Shown one piece after another: positions 56,808 through 64,000 of a stretch of DNA of 64,000 nucleotides. The stretch comes from the human T2T-CHM13v2.0 reference genome, Homo sapiens. How positions within the stretch are numbered: the first letter of the stretch is position 1; every line of letters begins with the position of its first letter. The notes under the pieces are model-generated. The model saw nothing but the letters and a program-made list of their open reading frames with translations, was not told where the DNA came from and did not search any database. The position numbers and the translations under genes are program-made. Location of the stretch: assembly GCF_009914755.1 (NCBI RefSeq), contig NC_060933.1; one strand, given 5' to 3'.

Positions 56808-59800
56808 GCAAGCCAATTTTGTAAAAATGACTTCAGATAGCTTTACAAATAAATTCAGTTGGTTGAATAAATGATAGTACAGTAAAAAGTTAGAGAAACA
56901 GGGACAAAATACTCTAAACCAGTTGCTGTAACTGAGTACAATATTTGGTCAGAGAATTCCCCAAGGAATTTCCATTATATGTAGCTTCCATTATAAGAAA
57001 AAAACAAAGATGAGAGTTCATCAGAGGAGACAGATTTTACCCTAGAAAAAAGAAAGTTCTTATTTGAGTAATTGTGTTGAGATTCTTCAGAGGGATTACT
57101 GATTTAATATGACAGGCAATATTCTTAATTCACACCCTTGAGAATCTAACTAGAGCAGTCAGGCCTGACCATGGCAGCAGGATATATACAGGGTCTGTCC
57201 AGATCTTCCATTAGAGGCCCCAATTCTAAGAATCAACTAGCTTCACAAGCAACCCAGAGAAGACACTGTGCTAAGTGGAGATTTCCTAGGCATTAAAGTG
57301 AAACCAACTTTGATTCAAACTCAGATCTGCCTCCTACTATCCTTGAAGTTTGGACAAGTTAGTGTAGCTTTCAAATCATAGTAAAAAGTGATTAATATTA
57401 CTTACTTCTCAGAGTGTTAGTAAGCATTTAATGAAAAAAAAATATGGAAAGGGAGAAGTGTGTGCCTAAATGGTCTGCCTTTGGTCCCAGGAGTGCCATT
57501 TTATTCATTTTCTAAGCACAATACAAATTGGAATTGTGAACCTCTGATTAGGCTCTATGTAAGCTTTTGTTGGAAAACCCTAAACAGAGAGATGGCTTTC
57601 AAGCTGTCAGCTCCTTAGCAAATGCTTGTGCATATACACGTGTGCACATATGCACACATGCAAGAGATTAGTTCTTATATATTACATTGTGAATTATGAA
57701 AAATTATACCAGAGAATTATGCCTATCCTGTCTTGTTTAAAGTGCTGCTGTTTGCACTTTAATTCCAAAATTATATTCTACATTATTGGCTGGATTGTAA
57801 ATTTAAAACTCTTAGTCCTAATAGTGGTGCTATCCAGTCAATATTTTGTTTGATTTTTCAACACTGGACATACTTACAAATCATCTTCTATATAAACCAA
57901 TTCATCTATCTAATTTCTGCATTTCTTCCAAATTCACATGGTAGACAGAATAATCTTCCAACAAATAGAGTCTGTTATCAATTTAGGTCACCAGTCTGGG
58001 ACTTGGAAACAACAGAAACCAAATAGAATAAAGACTTCTCTCTTCTTTTATTTAAAGCTACCACTTCCATTATAAGAAAAAAGGAAGGATTCTAATTCAT
58101 CAGAAGAAAGAGATTTTTGCCCAGTATCCAAGTCAGGGGCTAAAAATAATTCTCATTTGGTCAATTTTCTAAGCATTCCCTTTTCCAGTTCTTTATTTGG
58201 AATATTTTCTATTGCTTTATTAACCAAGACAGAGCCTCATGCATGTAATCATATAAACTTGAAGAATTATTTGTATATCATATATAATACAAATTCCTGA
58301 TAATTTAGATCCCTTAATAACTTGAAGGTTACGTAAGGCATTATGAAACTACACCAGCATCTTAGTGTAATGACAAAGATAATCAAAGTGGTGATAACAG
58401 ATCTTTGATAAAGATATGTCCTTCTTTCCAAGGGGCTCCATTTCTGGTAGAAAACAGGCAACATATTTACATATTTGTTTTTTTAAAAAATATATTGAAC
58501 ATGTCCCTAAAGTTATTGGGTTAAGACAGGCAGCAGGTGGAAAATATTCTAGGCAGCTATTCAACTTATTTTCCTCTCGTTCTTTTTTATTATGTTTATT
58601 TATTTTTACTTTTGTAGAGATGGGGTCTTCCTGTGTTGTCCAGGCTGGTTTTGAACTCCTGGTTCTATATTTACCAACAACCAACCTACTGACCACAGAT
58701 TGATTCCAAACTGGGGAGGCAATATATCACAAAATTCATAATGGGGCTGCCACAGGTGGTAATCTCTACAGAAGTATTGTGTGTTTGATTATTGTAACCT
58801 AGTTTTCTGAGGACAGATGACTCCATAATAGAACAGATTCTGGACCCCTCCTAGGTGCTTCACATGTTCAAGACAATATTACTGTTCACTATTCCCATTA
58901 AATAACCTCATAGCTTTCCCACTTTAGAACCAGGTACTCCAAAAATAAATCTTCAAAAACAAAAATGTGAACTATCTATTCCATGTCTGTATAAGGTGGT
59001 GTAAAACATATATTAGTGCTGTTAGATTTTGAAAGTATTTGGAGGTGCTACCATATTTTACATGGGCTTTTATTACCTTTAAACTTTCATAGAATAACAA
59101 GATAATTGAATATTTGAATGTTTGCCTAATTGAATTTGGGAGGTTGTAGAAATGTTTCCAGAAAAAGAAACAAAAATTCTGGATTCCTGCCCTTAATATC
59201 TATAGGAAGGGCTATATTCTACAATTTTACAGGAGAGAATAATTAACCTAGCATTATGGGAGTGGCATTGAATCAAGTCTCTTTAAGGCACAGTCTTATA
59301 TGAAGATGAGTAAACAAGTTCAGGTTTTATTTCATTGCACATAGCATAAACTGGAATTTAATACTTTACATAAGCCTTATCCCAAAACTTATGCCATTGA
59401 GTTTACATAAATCCTGGTGAAACATTTAAAGAGTTTGTGTTCCCGGTAGATGGACCTATGAAAGAGCTTAGAGTTGGTTTGGAGAAACATTGTTTTGTCT
59501 ATAAGACAAAATTTAAGTAGCTTGTAAAGATTGCTTATGTTCCTTAAACATTTTGCTTTTAGGGGGACGATGTAATTTCATTTTTTTTTTTTTTTACCAC
59601 AGGCAACAATTTTTCTACTTAAAGAAGGACTATCAGCCATGAATAGATCTAAGCTGAAGTGGAAAAAAAAGTGATCTGAATATGTAAAGTCACTCAAGAA
59701 AGGTACTTAGATTATTTCAGTTTTTCAAAAAGAAAGTAAAACTGTGAGAGAAAAACATACAATGTTGAAGATAACAATCTGCAGGGCTAAATATGTAAAA

Positions 59801-59912
59801 AGTAGAACCATGTGGTTTATATCAAATTCTTTAGACAATACACAGTATTTTACATCATAGAATTTAAAATTTTTAATGTAGCCTAAGATCTGTTTTTATA
59901 GATGGGTGAAGT

Positions 59913-60018
59913 GGAAGGTTACAAAAAGTAAAAGGAACTCGGCAACTCTTGCCCTGCCTGTGTACTAAAAACATCAGTTCTAGCATTACTAGTATTAGTG
60001 GCACTGTTTGACAGTACA
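59913..60018 (+). pseudogene. NUMT: fragment of mitochondrial 16S rRNA (MT-RNR2-derived)
   Basis: aaaagtaaaaggaactcggcaa...gcctgtgtactaaaaacatca...tctagcattactagtattagtggcac matches the conserved mt-16S segment around the 16Sar primer site. Confidence 0.85.
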
Positions 60019-60259
60019 TGCAAGTTAATGTGAATGTTGGACTAGATTTTAGATTTCTATTTTTGTCTATTTATAAATAAAGATCAGATTGTGTTTATAG
60101 AGATGGCCATCTCATTGGGACCATGTGGGAGCAAAGAAACTCTAATAATGATATTATAATAAATATCATGACTATGCACATAAACCTCACTGTGTGCCAG
60201 ACATTGTTCCAAGCCTTTATTTTTATTAAGTTGTCTTTTGAATTAATGCAGTGGGTTAC

Positions 60260-60765
60260 TGTGATGGTTAACATTGAGTATCAATTTGATTGGATTGAAG
60301 GCTGCAAAGTATTGATCCTAGGTGTGTCTGTGAGGGTGTTGCCCAAGGAGATTAACACTTGAGTCAGTGGACTGGGAGACACAGACCCACCCTCAATCTG
60401 GGTGGGCACAATCTAATCAGCTGATAGCACAGCCAGAATAAAAGCAGGCTGAAGAACGTGGAAGGACCAGACTGGCTGAGTCTTCCAGCCTTCATCCTTC
60501 CCCCATCGGTGTAAGACTCTTGGACTTACACTTGTGGTTTGCCAGGGGCTCTAGGGCCTTCAGCCACAGACTGAGGCTGTACTTTCAGCTTCTTTAGTTT
60601 TGAGGTTTTGGGACTTGGACGGGCTTCCTTACTCCTCAACTTGCAGATGGCTTATTGTGGGGCTTTACCTTGTGATGGTGTGAGTCGATACTCCTTAATA
60701 AACTCCCTTTCATATATACATCTATCCTATTAGTCCTGTCCTTCTAGAGAACCCTGACAAATACA
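60260..60765 (+). mobile_element. MLT2A (HERV-L) solo LTR inserted in a MIR
   Basis: tgtgatggttaacattgag...ttgattggattgaagg...ctagagaaccctgacaaataca; MIR core follows at 60800-60900. Confidence 0.9.
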
Positions 60766-61715
60766 ATTATTATCCATATTGTTTCTTTCCTATCAGTATT
60801 CTCATTTTACAGATGAGGAAACTGAGACACAGTGAAATTATATAGTTAACCCAGGGTCACACTGCTAGTAAGTGGCAAAATCGGGAGTTAGACCAAGGAG
60901 ACAAGTTCTAGAGTCTGCTTTACTGTTAACTACTACACTATGAGCTAAGGTTTAAACTCTTCACCTCATAGGCTAAATGTAATTAATGAACAAGTTTTTG
61001 TATGTTGATCATCACTGGTGCTGTAGTTCATGGAGAAAATAAATTCCTTCTGGGTTATCCACTGTGATTGTATCTTCAAAGAGAGACATCTGGAGACACA
61101 ATACTGAAGAGTGGTAGAAGTACTGAATATATTATCGAACTTTGGAAATCAGCCAAACTTTCTCCCTGCCAAATGGGAATTCTGGGCTCCACCTGGGCTA
61201 GGTTCTGCAGCTGTGATTGGCGTGGGGGTGGTCAAGCCCGGCTTGGTTACAGGAGTGGGGCAAAAGATGAAGGGGTACAGGGAGAAAGATTATTTAGGAT
61301 CCTGAGGATCAATGGAGAAAAACCATACAACTTTGTTGATTACTTTCACTGTGAATACATGGTCTACTACCTCAACCGGGCCCTCAGAGCTACTTTCAGC
61401 ATTCTGTTTTCCGTAGTTTGCTTGCTCTTCCTGGGTTCCATAGTGAACTGTTTTTTAAATGATGTCTTCAAGCCACTGACCCTTAACTTTTCCACCGCAC
61501 TCTCAGCATGGAGAAAAGAGTCATCAGCCTGGAATTCCCTTGGTCTCCTACCACCAACAGATGAATTTCCCACATGAGCATCCACCTTCGGCCCCTTTCC
61601 TACCTCAGTGGGCTTCCTTCCTATTAGTGTCTGGTTTTCTATTTCCATTCAGGTTCCTACCCTTCCTGCCTGCTCAGAGTCCTCACACCTTATGTAACTG
61701 ATTATCCCCTTTTCT

Positions 61716-63010
61716 GTTTTTGGCTTTTGTTTTTTTGAGACAAGTTCTCACCCTGTCCCCAGGTTAGAGTGTGGTGGCATAATCATTGCTCACTGCAGCC
61801 TTGAACTCCTGGGCTCAAGCGATCCTCCTACCTCAGTCTCCTGAGTAGCTGGAACTACAGGGGTATGCCACCTTGCCCAGCTTATTTTTCATTTTTTACA
61901 GCTCTTCTTTTAGGTTCAGGGGTACATGTGCAGGTTTGTTACATCAGTAAATGCATGCTGCAGGAGCTTGATGTACAGATTATTTTGTCACCAAGGTAAT
62001 AAACATAGTACCTGATAGGTAGTTTTTGAATACCCTCCCTCCTCCCACCCTCCACCTTCAAGTAGGCCTCACTGTCTGTTGTTCCCTTCTTTGTGTCCAT
62101 ATGTACTCAAAGTTTAGCTCCCACTTATAAGTGAGAGTATGTGGTATTTGGTTTTCTGTTCCTGTGTTAGTTTGCTTAAGATATGGCCTCCAGATCCAAC
62201 CATGTTGCTGCAAAGGACATGATCTCTGTCTTTTTATGGCTACATAGGATTCCATTGTCTATACGTACCACCTTTTAAAAATCCAGTCTATCATTGATGG
62301 GCATTTAGGTTAATTCCATGTCTTTGCTATAGTGAATAGTGCTGCAGTGAACATACTCATGCACGTGTCTTTATGTCAGAAACATATTTAAACTAAAGAG
62401 CTTCTGCACAGCAAAATAAGCTATAACAGAGTAAACAGACAACCTACAGAATGGGAAAAAATATTTGCAAACTATGTATCCAACAAAGATCTAATATCCA
62501 GACGCTATAAGGAACTTAAACAAATTTACAAGCAAAAAACAACCCCATTAAAAAGTAGGCAAAGGACATGAACAGACACTTTTCAAAAGATGACATATAT
62601 GTGGTCAACAAGCATATGAAAAACTGCTTAACATCACTAATCACTACAGAAATGCAAATCAAAACCACAGTGAGATACCATCTCACACTAATCAGAATGG
62701 CTACTATTAAAAAGTAAAAAAATAACAGATGGTGGTGAGGTTGTGGAACAAAGGGAACGCTTATACATTGTTGGTGGGAATGTAAATTAGTTCAGCCATT
62801 GTGGAAAGCAGTTTGGCAATTTCTCAAAGAATTTAAAACAAAATTACCATTTGTCACAGCAATCCCATTTTTGGGTACATACCCAAATGAATATTTTTTA
62901 ACTTTTTTTACAGATGGGATCTCACTTTGTTGCCCAGGTCAGTCTTATGATCCTTCTGCCTCAGCATCCCAAAGTGTTGGGATAACAGGTCTGAGCCACT
63001 GCTTCAGGTC
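61716..63010 (-). mobile_element. AluJ split at its A-rich linker by an inverted L1
   Basis: Arms ~61716-61885 and ~62895-63010; perfect 17-bp TSD tgattatccccttttct (61699-61715, 63011-63027). Confidence 0.85.
61890..62894 (-). mobile_element. L1PA (PA11-15-like) 3' end with 5' inversion
   Basis: Minus-strand 3' segment 61890-62390 joined to plus-strand ORF2 segment 62388-62894. Confidence 0.85.
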
Positions 63011-63029
63011 TGATTATCCCCTTTTCTTC

Positions 63030-63810
63030 TACCTCCAAACTCTAGTATCTGCTGGCTCCTTCCTACCAGCATTTAAATGTCTTCAAGATTGTCTCATTGT
63101 TTAAAGAAAAACCATTCTCCATCCATCCACCTCTCATTCTCATTTTCTGCCCCATCTCTCTCTTCCATATTCAGGTATCTTCAAAGAGTTGTCTTCACCT
63201 CCTATCAACCATTGATCCTTTGCAAACTGGATTTTCCCCTTCCCGCATTACTAAAATTCTCACAGCAAGGTCAGCAGTGCCCTTCCTGTTGATATGTCTG
63301 GTGGCCACTTCACATCTGATGTTACTCCTCTTCTTTTCACAGTGCTGATCACTTTCTTCTTAAAATCTATTGATGTCTTTGGAGGAAAGAGAAACAAATG
63401 GGAAATCTGGGGCTTCCCCAACACCACCTATTCTTTAGCTTTATTCTGTCTGGTTGTTTCTTTCTATCTTGTTGGCAGGTATCTTTTTCTTCACCCATTC
63501 TGGAATACAAGAATTTCTCAGATTCTGTCTTATGCTGCTTACTCTTCTCACTGTATAGTTTTTCTCTTGGTCAGTATTATCAAGACTTTAATTATCATCT
63601 ATGTACTTACTATTCTTGAATTCATATCTGTAACCCAGATATGTATCTTGAATTACAAATCCAAATGTATATCCAACTCTTAATATCTCCCAGTTCTGCA
63701 TATACTGCAAACACAATACATCCCAAACTGAGCTCATAATCTTCTCTTACATTTTTAAATTCTCTCTTCCTTTGTTTCCTGTGACTCAAGTAATCACCAA
63801 GCTCTATTAA
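63030..63810. mobile_element. L2 fragment
   Basis: Pyrimidine-rich L2-like motifs (cccaaactgagctcataatctt; atccaact). Confidence 0.5.
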
Positions 63811-63815
63811 GTCTA

Positions 63816-64000
63816 TGATATGTTTTGTCTCTGTCTCCCTACCCAACTCTCACCTTTAATTGTAGTAATCTCCATGTGTTGTGGGAGGGACCAGGTGGGA
63901 GGTAATTGAATCATGGGGATGGGTTTTTCCCATGCTATTCTTGTGATAGTGAATAAGTCTCATGAGATCTGATGCTTTTATATAAAGGGGAGTTCCCCTG
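63816..64000 (+). mobile_element. THE1 LTR (runs off the window end)
   Basis: tgatatgttttg...gggaggtaattgaatcatgggg...gtgaataagtctcatgagatctgatg. Confidence 0.88.

Overview
Primate (hominoid, most likely human) non-coding DNA, intronic or intergenic, dominated by interspersed repeats: Alu J/S/Y, L1 of many ages including a full-length but dead L1PA7-like copy, MaLR/ERVL/ERV1/ERVK LTRs, Tigger/Tc2/hAT MITEs, MIR, L2 and microsatellites. I recognise no host protein-coding exon, tRNA or CRISPR array; nearly all listed ORFs are repeat-derived or chance. I found no new multi-gene biological system. The most notable observations are: (1) a four-level nested insertion (MER5 > L1MA > LTR12 > AluYc1-like) in which a very young Alu lands at the AATAAA TATA-like box of the ERV9 LTR; (2) a short, old NUMT of mitochondrial 16S rRNA; (3) a ~190-bp inverted duplication spanning a MER8/L1 junction; (4) an AT-rich fold-back palindrome; (5) a twin-primed inverted L1 inside an AluJ; (6) small template-switch hairpins; (7) one non-repeat ORF with a hydrophobic segment. 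Subfamily names come from recalled consensus features, not from a database search.
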